A stretch of 64,000 nt of DNA from Takakia lepidozioides (GCA_030704615.1 CM060734.1:10912001-10976000); one strand, 5' to 3'. Shown: positions 25,566 to 38,455, counted from the first letter of the stretch. A program made the numbers and translations. Notes: generated by a model not told the origin, from the sequence alone.

Positions 25566-27569
25566 ATGCCCAGCTTGCGCCCACCCTTGTCTCAGTACGA
25601 AGGCGGCTATAGTGGTCAAGTCGCACGTTCTGAGTTGTGGCTCCAGGCATTGGTGAACCATGAAATGAAGGTGGAGCTTGAGAATCTAAGCCCTGGAGCT
25701 GCAATGGTGTTACATTTCTAGTAGGAGGTATAATCTGTAGATGTGGATCTCTTGTGAGGGTGAAAGCAGAGGAGACAGTGAACCACACTGCGAGCAGTGA
25801 ATGGAGGTGTTTCGGATCATGCTTGAATGCACAGCTGCATCTCAGATTTACCCTCATGTGTTTCGGCTTCCATCTGGGACAAGGCAGTAGACAGGGGATC
25901 CATCTCATACAACAACGATAAGGTGGCCCATTGATCGCAACAGCTTCAACAAGGTGTTATTATTCTGACACTTGGAACTTGGCATACAAATGAAGACATT
26001 ATCTTTATCATGGTAGTTCCAGTCTTGATTGAGTTGAAAAATCTAAGATCGTCATATTACAGATATGAGCCTGGCATGAGTCCAAGGAATTCTTAAGGAA
26101 CCTACAGTGAATCACAAAAAACGTGGGAACAGGGAACCAAAGGAAACCAATTGAGAATAGTTTTTCCTTGTATTTGTTTCTATTTAAGGTTATATATTAT
26201 ATTTACAGAGCCTCTTTGGCCATATCTTTGTCATATGAGCCCCGTTTGACACAGTTTTTGAGGGGATAGCTGTAGAAAGGGGAAATTTACCTGGTTTTAG
26301 TTTTTTGGACTCTGCTAAAAATCTATGGAATTTTTTGAGTGTGAGTGTGAGTGTGCTATGAAAGATCCACAATTCTGTTTCTAGAACCTGTTGTGGTCTA
26401 CGTGAGAGACAAATCTGTGGATGTCCTCCTTGTATGGCTGGGGGAAATGAGGACGTAATTGAAGGGCAGGTCTCTTCTCTTAGCCTGTGCACACAAGGGG
26501 ACAAGATTTATGTTTCTCAAGGAACTCAGACTGATGTGAATGGAGAGCAGTTGGACGAGTTTATTGCATACTGGGAGTCAGGCATTAGCAATAGACAACA
26601 AACTGCAGTACTTGGCGTTGAGGGCCTCAATATTGCTTTGGATAGTCAGAACTCTGCTGACGTTTATAGTACTGGTATGATGATGTGGCTTGAACGATAT
26701 CAAGCAGCTAAGTAAGAGGACATAGGGAACCCCAATCTTTTGTTTTTAGGCCATGTATGTTGCCTGATGCAGGCCATTTGGTTTCCTATTCTTCTTTACT
26801 TGTTTGTGACCTTGCAAGTACCCTGCTGAAGCAGATATAGATTGCCCCAAGACCTAAAATGGGCTCTGGGATAGACTGGCTTTACTGCTATGGCATGTAC
26901 CAAGCAGCGCAGTAACCTGAAGGATCTTTTTGAACTCAGACAATATGTTTAGAGGTATCTTAAGACATCAGGGATTAAGCTCGTACAGGCCCTGTATATC
27001 TCTCTATACCTCCATGAACGCTTTGTGATATGGTAAACATTTTGCTAGAGTATCTACTTGTTGTACTTGACTGAAGCCAGGTTATGGAACATAATACAAT
27101 ATCTTCTGTTGTGTTCCCTGTTTACATATTGCTTAGAAATATCTGCAGATATACAATGTAACCATGGGTGATGAAATTCAGCAATCGGAAGACTTGCTTC
27201 CTTGCTTTGCACAGTGGTAAAGTAGCAATATGTATAATTGCTTGCTACTCAGTCTGTGATAATCAGTAATCACTTGCTGCTCAAAACCTTTTGAATCCAT
27301 TTATACACTGGCCCAGACTGAAACCAGGTCTTGGGGCAAAAAACAAGATGTGTGGGCATTCGCTTCATGTATAAATGGTTTAGAAACTGTTTACTGCTCT
27401 GATATGGCCATTATGTTACATAAAAATTGGAACTTCTTCTCCAGTCTGTTCATGTGAGCATGGGTGGTAAACTTAGCAAGATAAACATGATTTTCCTGCT
27501 ATGAACTGTTTCTAATATTCCATTTGAAGCATAAACTTGATTGGGTCCCTGTCTGGATGAATATTAAAC

Positions 27570-29014
27570 AAAGGTGCTTTTCCATAGACCAATACGAAAG
27601 GGGAAACTCCCGTTGCGGAGTGTTTTGTGTTATTATAACAGAACTCTGCCGCATCCAAGTGCTCCACCCAGTCTGACTGGTCTGCCGACACATAATTCCG
27701 CAAGATCTGCTTCACCACGGAATTCACTCTTTCCGTTTGGCTGTCCGTTGTAGGTCGGAAGGCCGTGCTCATCTTGAGCCTCGTCCCCATTTTCTTCCAA
27801 AGTGCTCTCCAAAATTTACTTGTAAACTTTGGATCGTGGTCCGAGAGAATATCCTTCGGGAGTCCATGATGCTTGAAGACGTGGGCGAAGTAAAGTCGCC
27901 CCGTCTCCTTGGTGGGAATGAAATGACCCATTTCACTGTATCCACCACCACCATGATTGCATCGAATCCTTTTAATAGCGGCAAAGCAGTCATGAAATCC
28001 ATCGAGACATTTCCCAAGACCCCTCTGGAATCGGCAAGGGTTGTAACAGCCCCGCTTACTTTTTTTACTCGCTCCGGTTTTGTTGGCATGTGGTGCATGT
28101 CTTGACATACTCCTCGGCCTCCTCCCTCAGTTTGGGCCAGAAATACTCTTTCTTCAAGAGTGCCTCGGTGCGCTTGGCTCCGCTGTGGCCCGCAAGCGGG
28201 CCATCATGACATTCTCTCAAGAGACTATCTCTGATCCCTCCCTTCGGCACGTAGAGACGCTTTTGCTTGTACCGGAGCAATCCATTGTGCAAGTGGAACT
28301 GTGATTTAGCCCCCAACCTCAAGTCCCGCATCACGGACTTCGTCATCTCATCCTTCCGGTAAGCCTTCCGGATCTTCCTTTGGAGCGTTGTCTCGCCCCT
28401 GTACACCAACATGAGCTGCTGTTTTCTACTTAAAGCATCGGCCACCACATTGTCCTGTCTCGGTTTGTGCTGGATATCCACGTTGAACACTGCCAAAGTG
28501 TCTTGCCACCTAAGTTGTTTTGGGGACAACTTAGGCTGCGTGGCAAAATACTTCACCGTGACATTGTCCGTGAACACCTTCACTGGGTTGGAACCAACAT
28601 AGTGGCGCCAAAACTCAAGGCAATGCACCACCGCCTTCATCTTTTTCTCGTGCGTAGGCCACCGTCGCTCCACTTCATTCAGTTTCTTACTTTCGTAATC
28701 CATTGGACGTCCATCCTGCATGAGCACACCCCCAATTGCGAAGTCCGACGCATCTGTATGAATCTCAAATGGACGGTCGAACTCCGAGATCTTCAGGACT
28801 GAAGCTTCCGCCATCCGCTGCTTCAACTCGACAAAAGCTTGGCCACAAAATGTGTTCCATACCCATACCTTGGACTTACACAGAAGGTCTGACATCGGCC
28901 CCGCGATCTTGGCGAAATTTCTCACATACTTTCGGTAATAGGAGGCGAGTCCTAGGAAGGATCGCACTCCCGGGACCGAAGTCGGAGGCTCTCAGTCCAA
29001 GATCGCCCTCACCT
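27570..29014 (-). mobile_element. Ty3/gypsy chromovirus pol remnant (RT thumb/RNase H, integrase)
   Basis: RSFLGLASYYRK, TDASDFAIGGVL, ADALSR, HDGPLAGH..CTTC, SMDF, SDHDPKFTS; near-identical to 63650-63980. Confidence 0.92.
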
Positions 29015-29628
29015 GCTGCTCACCGGGACATAATGGTCCCCTTTTGCTCCTCCACAAGACCCTCGCTCACTTTGGGCCTAGTGGAAATTCCCTTTGGTTG
29101 TTGGCAGTCTGGAACAGCTCCCCACACCTTGGTCGCTTTCTGGCTCGCACGCTTACTCACTAGTTTTTGGTCACCAACGGGCTTGCACCGTTCTCGGGGT
29201 TACTACTCCCTATATATACTTCTGTGACTGTCCGCGGGGGTTTCACAAACAACACCGTCCTTTTATGGCGAACCACCACGAAGACCCTTGACTCCTGGTG
29301 ATGAGTCGCGGTGAGTCTTGGTCCACCTACCACAGCCCCAATGGACCGTGATGAGTCCCAAGACTCCCCACAACTCCCACCACAAGGTCTCCGTCCCATG
29401 GTGAGTCCTATGCCACCCCCACTAAGACCCACTAAGCTACCACCACCCCTCGTGGAACCACCCCCACCGCAACCCGGTGTGCGGGGCTCCAGTACCTAGT
29501 GAGCGCCTCCGCCTCCTTGAGTGCCTTGGGCACTAGCCCCCGTACCTATTGTTGCCACTGCCCCCCACCACAGGGGCAGCCCCTCTTTGTGTCCTGACCC
29601 CTTGCCCTCAAGGCAAAGGGCTGCGACA
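29015..29628 (-). mobile_element. 5' LTR (family A) fused directly to pol by an internal deletion
   Basis: Matches ~92-709; ends GCGACA at 29628; lacks the LTR 3' end. Confidence 0.88.
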
Positions 29629-29789
29629 ACGACCGTCTCCTTGTGGGACAACGGTCTTCATTTGCACGCAGAACTTGGAATCCTGCATAATATGCAGTTA
29701 CTTAGAACAAATGCATAGCACAAAGAGACATGCAAGGTAAATGAAGGAATGACATTGGGATGGGTGGCTGCAAACAAGTAGTAGCAAAC

Positions 29790-30135
29790 TTACAATGCTG
29801 GCACTCACTCGTAAACAGAGTTTTCCTCTGCAAGTATGTCAACCGTCCCCTCCTCTTCTTCATCTTCCTCCTCCGAGTCATCGGCTGACTTGGCAGCCTC
29901 CGCCAACAATCATTGAAGCCCTGCGAGGTGGGAATCATAGAGGCCAGTGTCCTCCTTGAAGGCAAACACGTGCCTATCCAAAAATTGCCTGGCCCATAGT
30001 GAGGCACCTGCGAGAAAGGAGTTGCAGTCAGTATTAACAAATTGCTCTCTACCATGTGTAGAAACTGAAACTTGAAAGAACAGAGTGGTACTACGTAGTG
30101 GGACCTGTTCCACAGTGAGGTCAAGCACTCTACCC
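29790..30135 (-). pseudogene. Fragment of the ParB-MTase gene (SAM-binding motif exons)
   Basis: VLDL-(C)GTG|intron|ASLWARQFLDRHVFAFKEDTGLYDSHLAGLQ matches 51000-51235, with the same intron position. Confidence 0.8.
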
Positions 30136-30329
30136 CACGGAGGGTTCAGACAGGCTGCTCAGCTGCTCCCTGGTCCCAAATGTAAACTACATACTAACCT
30201 CTCCTCACAGCAGTGAATGTGGCACTTTATTGCAAATTTTGTGACAAGCCACAACTATACAAGTGAATCCTAACTGTCATAGCCGGAATGGGCACTACTA
30301 TCCTCATCTCCATCTTCTAAGGAGGAACC

Positions 30330-32645
30330 TGCCAGATATCTTCCTCGTCATCCCCCTCATCCCCTCATCCTCTGAGCTCTGAGATGTATCAGTACCACTA
30401 TGCCTCTAAAAAATACCGTCCTCTCCTTGGGGGACTTTCTACCTCACCTCCTCGGAATCTTCTGGCTCTTCTCCCTCACTTTTTGCAACAGAATCTAAGA
30501 CAAATTTGCAAATCTTGCGAGCTCTAATACTTGCTACCACCTCCTTCATCTTCATTTTCCTCTCCATTTCCTGGTCTAAAATATGTTGTACACGACTAGG
30601 TTCGGAGGACCTCCTAATGGACACCATAGCAAGCCGGTCCGCATAAGAAGAAATGGTGAAGTCCCTTTGAGGACTATGGAAGAAATCCCCCTTGGCAAAA
30701 AATGGCACGTTCCTCCTGCCAATGAACTCCGGTGAAGTCCTCCCTAGTCCAGCAGTACTCGGCATCCCGCGGTAAGAACAAAACCACGTCATAAATGTCC
30801 ATACCAACAAAATCCATAGCAGGTCTTTCAGTGAAAATACAGAAGGAATGGAGGTGCCTCACGAAATCAGGAGGCAACTTACAATGCAACCACTCACTCG
30901 TAAACCGGGGGCTCCTCGGCTGCGATCCCAACTTCTTCCTCCCCCTCATCCTTTTCCGAATCTTCCTCGAGCATCCTTGCCAGCCCAAATCCGGCTTTCC
31001 AGTAGTCCTTAGTGAACTTGTTCCAGCTGGGCACACCCTCCAGGCCCTCTAGCAGCTCCCCATCTGGAATATCTAGGAGAATCATATCGCAGGCTCTCTC
31101 CACCTGAACTCCCCCTTGAGTGCTCGTCACATCCATGCTGCAAGACGTGAAGAAGTCCATCATAGCTTCAAAACCATGGGTGTCTTTAGGCTCTTCAGCG
31201 TCAGCCCTTCTCTTCGTTTTCCCCTTCATCTCCTCCAGAGACTTCTTGTGTGCCATCTTCTTTGCCCTGGCAGCCAGAGCATCAAGGAAGCTCTCGTTGA
31301 CACATTGAATGAGTGTTCCTGACTCCAGCTTGGGCCTATTTGGAAACGTCACCGCGAAATATCGCCGTGTAGGCTCGCCCTCAAACAACACCTTCTTGGC
31401 AGAGCCACCCCCACTCTGGACGGATTTTGGAACACGGACTACTGGTGACTTTGCTGCAGCAGCAGGACCAGGGCCTTCGGCAAAGTTGTCGTCCAAAGTC
31501 ACCCCCCTTGGCCCCCTCCTGCGCCTCCTCCTGGGCCTCATTGACTTTCTGCTTCTTTGGGGTTGGCTCCTTCCCCTGTTTCTTGGTCCTTTTCCTCATC
31601 CCCTTTGCCTTTTCCTCTAGCTTGGACTGGATACCTGCCTGAGCAAGCAAGGCCGCTTTGCGGGACTTGGCAAGTGCCTTTGCCTCCTGAGGACCCAGCG
31701 GAACCAGTGGAGCTCGGTTTTTGCGGGCCTCTGCATCCACCTTCAATTGAAACTCCGAAGGGTCGAGCATGCCGGCCGGAAGGTCCAGATACCAAGGGCA
31801 GTCGCGCAAATGCTCCAGGTGCCAGTCCTTCACCATATCCGCGGTGTACATGGAATCAGGGCCAAGAGTACGCCATGCTAGGAAAAATGGAGGTTCTCTG
31901 GCAAGCGCACCTTTGTCCAACAGGTCGAACTTCATGTACCTGCACTCAAGAAAAAAACAGAGAATGAGGTCCATGGAACGAGGTTCCAATTTTCGGCCGC
32001 AAAGTTTTGGTGCCCAGAACTGTTTGGACTTGGCCCAAAAATTTGAAATGCGGTGCCGAATTTCCAGTTTTGGTGCCCAGAATTGCTGGGACTTAGCCAG
32101 TTTTCGGCCCCAAAACTGGAAATGCGGCGCCAAATTCCCAGTTTTGGTGCCCAAAACTGCTGGGACTTAGCCAGTGTTGGGCCCCAAAACTGGCAAAGGA
32201 GCGCCGAGTTTCCAGCTTTGGTACCCAGAATTGTTGGGACTTAGCTAGTTTTGGGCCCCAAAACTGTCGAAGCAACGCCGAATTTCCAGCTTTGGTGCCC
32301 AAAACGGCTGGGTCTTGGCCAGTTTTGGGAACCAAACTGGAAATTCGGCAACACATTTCCAAAAATGGTGCCAAGAACTACTGGGCGCACGATATGCTGC
32401 ACCCATTTTCCAGTTTTGTGCCCCAAAATTGTGCTTTTTTGGCCAGTTTCTGGGACCCTCATCTGGAAAGGTCATAACACAACAGAACAACACCAAAACT
32501 TAGCGGGTTTACCTATACAAAAGGCGCATTGCCGCTTTGGCTGCGTCCGGCTGATCGGTGAACTCTGCGCTCCTCTGTGCATGCGGCATCTCTCGAAAGA
32601 AGAGGTCCGTTTTGAAAAGCAGTCGATACCTCGTGACGTATAGAG
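30330..32645 (-). pseudogene. Second ParB-MTase family copy, 3' half, with an internal deletion
   Basis: YVTRYR..KAAMRLLYR|intron 31940-32512|YMKFDLL..PPFFLAW..CPWYLD..QCVNESFL..CDMILLDIPDGE..PSWN..GFGLARML..NVPFFAKGDF; collinear with 50333-53000. Confidence 0.85.
31985..32450. repeat. Intronic ~74-bp tandem repeat carrying degenerate GGAAATGCGG..TTTCC palindromes
   Basis: Palindrome-derived motifs at ~32046, 32118, 32198, 32272 and 32339, with ttttggtgccca spacers. Confidence 0.8.
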
Positions 32646-32879
32646 TCGATGAGACTCTCTGCTTCTGCCGTGATCTCCAACTTGAACTGAGTTGTTTGGG
32701 TCTCCAGCTGCTCTTGCGCATTTGTGGTGACCTGCGGACGGTCTCCATCAGGAGATTGACATGTGTCATGATGGGTGTTTTATTTTGTATTTCTACACAT
32801 TTGTATTTCTGCCACGTGGTGCATTATTGGAGAGTGAAAATAGATGCAATCATTATTATGACTATGGTAGCAGTCCTAT

Positions 32880-33153
32880 ATATGGGATTGCACTTGGACT
32901 TAGATTTCATTCTTAACCCTTGGGCCAATGGCGCAGGCTACCCTAGGCCTAGATCTCCCAAACAGGAGGGTCTCTACATACATAGGGGATTGCACTTGGA
33001 CTTAGAACACTGGACACTTGGGCCAACGGCACAGGCTACCCTAGAGGTTGCATTTGGGCCTCGACATAGGAGACGCACTTTGATACATAGGGGATTGCAC
33101 TTGGACTTAGATGACACTGGACACTTGGGCCAACGGCACAGGCTACCCTAGTA
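32880..33153 (+). mobile_element. Three tandem Helitron-like 3' ends
   Basis: ~105-bp unit gggattgcacttggacttaga..cttgggccaacggcacaggctaccCTAG; imperfect hairpin just before CTAG; the last copy is followed by T. Confidence 0.5.
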
Positions 33154-33319
33154 CATATATAATGAACAGGGACAGAGGCTCTGGAAATTTTATTATATAA
33201 AGGGGGACGAGAAGTACATAAGGAAAAAATAACCTCAAACCCGGTGCCATAGAGGTCGACCTAGGAAGGCACTGCTTCAAGACCAGAGGCAAAAAGCTGC
33301 AAGAGAAGTACTAAAATGT

Positions 33320-33380
33320 AGGGGTTAAGTATTTATCGTATTGGGGTTAAGTATTAACCGTTTAGGGGTTAAGTATTTAA
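33320..33380. repeat. 3 x ~21-bp ggggttaagtatt repeat
   Basis: Directly visible. Confidence 0.8.
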
Positions 33381-33900
33381 TAGTGAAACCGAGGTAAGAG
33401 GGGGTGGGGAGGATTTGAAGCCCCCCCAAGGAGCCCCAGGCTGCCGGAATCCGGCGAAAGTACTGTCAGATCGTACACATCCATTAAGTTCTTACATTAT
33501 TCATATTGTCTTCCTTTCTCCCCACCCTATGTGCATTTCAATTTCCCATTGGGCGACCCCGCAAATGCAGCCATGTGGCCTGGGTTTTTTAGGGGTAATG
33601 GGGCTCCCATGAGCAGGAAAATCTTCTCACACGTGCGATACCGAGCGCCTATAGGCTCAAGTCTGTAGCCTGTCTTTCTGCTATGCCACAGTCGGGATGC
33701 AACGAGGCATGGATCCCACGCGGACCCGCAGCCATGTGGCAACCAAACAACACGCCAGGTGCCTCTACAACCTTTTATAGCATCTTTTGAAGGCATCGTG
33801 TGGATTTGAGTAGGTATTATTATCTTGCCCTGATGTGTACCTGCCGTGCATGGAGTAACATTTGAATTGAGGAAGATTTGAATCCTGAGATGTTATGGCG

Positions 33901-34600
33901 TGTTATAAAATACTAGCACTCAAACGTTAGTGTAGAGTGAGTATGATTACTCAATTTTATGTATGTAAGAATGACTAAGAATGAGAGAGAAGAAGACAAG
34001 ACAATGTCTCTTCAACAACTCAATAGTCATACCTTAAAGGATTGTGACCCTTCGTATAGACGTATCCATTCTATATGGATGTTAACTTACATAATCTAAA
34101 TGTTGAATTACATCCAACACTCCCCTTTAATGAAAACATTTAAGAGTCTAAATTATGAAGGCCGTGTTTTTGTCCAACAATGCTATTAAAGCATATTCAC
34201 ATAATTTTAATCTTTGATTAAATGAGATGTAGAGTTGATGGCGTTAGCCAAAACCCTCTAGCATGTGCTCCTTTTTTCTTGGTCGCACTGAGACTTCGTT
34301 CACATCAAAGTGGAAGTCGTAATTGTGGCCAACTTGCTATCAATTAGTCAGAGATAGCTTGATTTTCAAATAAATTACTCATTTGAAGTTCAAATAATGC
34401 ACCAATAATGATGCTGTTGGGATGACACCTTAGATCTCTTCTTTAAGTTAATGCCGCATGACATAACTCTATGAAGGTTCTGAAACAAGTTTGTTGGAAC
34501 TCGAAGCATCATTAACAATATAAATTGTTACATGCTTGAATGACACTTTAAAATGTTTGAACTGGCATTAGACTCAATTGTCTCCATGACTTCTCTGCAA
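33901..34600 (-). mobile_element. Ty1/copia remnant: 3' LTR (33901-34119), PPT and decayed internal sequence
   Basis: TGTT...AACA termini; minus-strand aaaggggag PPT abuts TGTTGG; ANAINSTSHLI resembles copia integrase WAEAVNTACYLIN. Confidence 0.55.
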
Positions 34601-34671
34601 TTTTTCACCATGAATATTCCATTGTGGGCTTCTTTGCCTAAGAATAATTTGTTCACCAGGGATATCAGCCA

Positions 34672-36162
34672 TTGCTGCCCCCTCCAATCCCTGCTATTCA
34701 GGTTGTGTTGGCACAAACAAAGCCAACGGACTTCCATGCTAAAGTGCAAGCATTGGACTCAGCAGCTATTGATTCAGGTGATGACAATCCAATCCTGTTG
34801 CTTGAGACTTTGGCCCTAGAGGACTGGATTAAGCTGTCCCTATCTGCAAATAAAAATGGCAAGTACATGATCAGGCTGATTGACTATCATGAACGAATGC
34901 CTACTATCCTTGAAGATGATACCAAAGAACTCTCGGAATGTGGTCTTAAAGGAGATAAGATGGAGGCTGCATTACGTCTGGCTAACCCTGAAGACGAACA
35001 GGCCCCTTCTACCCAGAAATCGTCCTCCAATGCTGAGCTGGATTTTACCCCCTCCGTCACCAATCACCCGCTTCTAAGTCACATGTGTCTTCCCGAACAT
35101 GAAATTGATGCGGTGAAGGATTTCTGTGAGCATGTGGAAATGTCACAGGTGGAACAAGACAGGGCAGCAGACGCTACCCCGGGGAATCAGCAATTTGTCC
35201 CTTGGACACCCCCTCGCTCCGTTGAGCTAGACGTGGCCAACAACGAGCACATGATGTGGCACCCGCAAGCCAACATCAACCTCTTAGCACCCATCTCCAT
35301 CGAGATGTGGATGAAGTGGGGTAACATCACTGATGTTGAACACCTACGTTGTTATCAGGATGCTATAGATGGTTTCCAAAGATTCAAAGAGGAGCCCATC
35401 GCTGTTGCATGGCCCTTAAAAACAATTTATTATAAGCTATGTGACAGAGGGGACAATATCACTCTTAGGACCAAAAATGATCCCCCTACTGGATCTGTCC
35501 GTTCCCGGAATCACAAAAGCCAACTCTGGAACTGGCACAGGCCATACCTAAGATGTAATTGTGGACCTGGTGCTGCTCCGTCTGGATGTGTTGGAAGTGT
35601 GGCTTGGTTCAATCATTTGGTCTGGTACATGATTAACCATCTTGGGTTTTTCTTTCCTAATGCAACATACCCCTCAGCGCAAAGCAAGTACTATAGCTTC
35701 ATTGTATGGCTGATGAGGGCTGCCAGATCTGCAATACTGGCTCAGATAACATTCCAAATGATCCGGGAGCTCCTTTTGGAAGCAACAGAAACTTTTGCCG
35801 ATAACCCTAAGGCAAAACTCCTTGATAAGCTACCAGACTCCAAAGGGGCTAGATTCATTGAGAGATTGATCAAACCTGGATCTTTCTCCGACAGCCTCCC
35901 CAAACCTGCATTTAATAGCTATAAACGGCAACGCATTGAAGGGAACACTTTCCAGCAAACAGGGAGACCCAACAGGGGCATGGGTGCTAATTTCAGAGGA
36001 CGTGGGGGCTACCAAAGAGGTGGCAGGTTCAGGCAGAAACAGCAATCTTTCTCCAACTCCGAGAATGCTAAGTCCGTAACCAAAACATCCAATGGAGGCT
36101 CTGGATCCAATTCATGCTCCACAATCGACATTGGGAGCCATGGGTCGAACCGATCCAGGTAG
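34672..36162 (+). CDS. Intact 496-aa orphan ORF, possibly a gag-like ORF1 of a retroelement
   Basis: Long uninterrupted ORF (first ATG 34867), RG-rich C-terminus, no recognised domain. Confidence 0.45.
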   Translation: MLPPPIPAIQVVLAQTKPTDFHAKVQALDSAAIDSGDDNPILLLETLALEDWIKLSLSANKNGKYMIRLIDYHERMPTILEDDTKELSECGLKGDKMEAALRLANPEDEQAPSTQKSSSNAELDFTPSVTNHPLLSHMCLPEHEIDAVKDFCEHVEMSQVEQDRAADATPGNQQFVPWTPPRSVELDVANNEHMMWHPQANINLLAPISIEMWMKWGNITDVEHLRCYQDAIDGFQRFKEEPIAVAWPLKTIYYKLCDRGDNITLRTKNDPPTGSVRSRNHKSQLWNWHRPYLRCNCGPGAAPSGCVGSVAWFNHLVWYMINHLGFFFPNATYPSAQSKYYSFIVWLMRAARSAILAQITFQMIRELLLEATETFADNPKAKLLDKLPDSKGARFIERLIKPGSFSDSLPKPAFNSYKRQRIEGNTFQQTGRPNRGMGANFRGRGGYQRGGRFRQKQQSFSNSENAKSVTKTSNGGSGSNSCSTIDIGSHGSNRSR

Positions 36163-38455
36163 ATGGCAGGAGAGTTCTCCCCAATCCACAAGAGAAACTT
36201 TGATGCCTGGGAATGATCATTGACAACCTAAAAATGGTATGTCCTTTCCCTTATGTATGCAGATTTGTTGACTTTTGATGGAACAAAAAGAAAGAAAACC
36301 ATGCATAAAGCAGCTGGTTTCTTGCACATGTAATACCTTGAATAAACTAGTTTTATTTTGGGGTCTATGCTCAATACATACCCCAATCACACCATTAAGG
36401 TTGATATACTTGTTTCGGATACCCAGTTTGTCTAAAGGTAGCCTGATAATCCTTTTCAGGACATCTTCCGAAGGATTGGCATATGAGCAGGGAGAGTTTG
36501 CCCTTTTAGAGAGGAGTCTGGTATGCACTCCCTTACGAGGTGAGTGCATACCACACACACTCCGTAAGGGCCTGCCATACCAGGGGTTGGATGGTGGGAT
36601 ACCCTCTCTCTCCCTCTCTCTCCCTCTGGACACTGGGCTTATGGAATTGTTGTCCCGACTTCCATCCTTGAGGAAATTGAAAAAAATTGCAAATTGGGTT
36701 GCAGGGAATTTTGGATGTTCTTTATCCATTTTTTTAAAAAAAAACTATATTTTTAGTGAAATATTTCTTCACTAAAAAACTGTGAAATTCCCGTCAGTTT
36801 CTACTTTTTCAATCCAACCTGGATGAAAAAAATACTTCATCTGACAGGACCTAAATACAGGGCAAAACAGTTTATTTTAATATAAAAAATCCCCCTTGTT
36901 TTTCATCTAACCTAGATGAAATACGGACTATATCCGTTGAAGTGCAAGGCAGGATGATGTCTTTCATCTTCCACGAATGAGAAACGGACAACGTCCGTCG
37001 GATGGACAGACTGGCGGATGTTTTTCATCCTGAGAAGGATGGATGACGGGCCAGGCAAGGGAAAACCCTGCGCAACCCTAATGTCTTTCTTTTTGCGCTA
37101 CGAGAGCGCGTGCGATGGCGGCTTGTGAGGAGCGACGGTGCTCGTGCTGCAGATACCTTGAGCTGCCAATCGTTGAGTGTTTATGGCTCCTGTGAGCGAC
37201 GCCTGGGCGAGCTCTTTAAGGCGATGGCGGTGGCTTAGTGATGAGGGAAGATTCCCTGTCTCAGTTGTCTGTTTTTTTGCTGCACAAGGGAACCGCGGCA
37301 GTGATGGCGGAGGCACCACCTGCATGCCTAGGACGTTTCCCTAGTAGCCCTCCTCTGGATCTTTGATGAATGGCGGCACAAGGAAGTCTCTCTCCCTCCC
37401 TTTATAAACCCTACCTTTTGAAACCAAGCTTTTTTTTTCTTGTGTTTGGCAAGATCTTGCTTTGGTTAAGATAGCAGTGTTGTGGTGCTATCGGTGTCCT
37501 CCCTGCACGGTTAGGCTTGTGGAGAGATGACGACTCTCCCCCAAACAGTAAAAAAGGTTTTTTTTCTGTTGATTTTGCTTCCTTGTTTCCTTTGGCATTC
37601 TCTGCGCTTAGATTGAAGTGTATTTGACCTCGATAGCAAGTGTGGAAGCCTGCTACTCACCTCGTGCATCCTCACTAACTCACGATGCGTTGTGGTTGTT
37701 TTTGGGACGGGCATAGGTGAGGGCTTCCACTTAATATTCTGATGTCTAGGTGCTGCTGGATGCCAAGTGGGATTGCAGAGCAGGGGAAGGAATCGTTTGC
37801 CAGGGACTCATCCTAAAATGTTGAAAAACTAAACTACTCTATGGTTTTTCTTGATCCTGCCTCTTTCCTTCCTTGATTTTTGAAGAACAAGTGTAATGCT
37901 TTCTACAATGGGCTAGTTCGGCCCAGCCAGTGGAAAGACTCCATTATGATGTGACAGCCGGGTTTATGATGGCTTGTGTGAGAGACACACATCTGTTTTC
38001 CAGGCCCTAGTTTGTTTTGCTTACCTTATGGTAGTTGGAAACAAATTGAGAGGCTGCAAGGAACTGTTTGCTGCAGCTACTCGGGTACCTCTGTTTAAAA
38101 GACCCATGTTATGTTCCAACCCAGATGGCTTTGATTAGCTAGATGCTTAGGCCAGGGTATGGTGAAGTTTCTGCCTGTGGCTATTCGGCTGACACTGAAA
38201 TATCGTAGTAATATAAATGGTAACTGGTTTTTTAGGCAGCCAGGGTGGTCAAGTGGAAATACCCCCTGGACATGGTGTAATGACATGGTCAAATGTGGAA
38301 TGATGTGAAGGGTGTACTGACAGTACCGTACACTGTCACAGGATGTGAATCATACTGACATGAACACATTACTGTGCATGGATGTAATTCTGGATTTTCT
38401 AAGCTTGATGATTGATGGATGGTGCCACTGTTAAGTGGCTGATATGTCTATTTAT

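Noticed and set aside
26434-26715. 93-aa ORF
   Set aside because: No recognisable motif or supporting gene structure.
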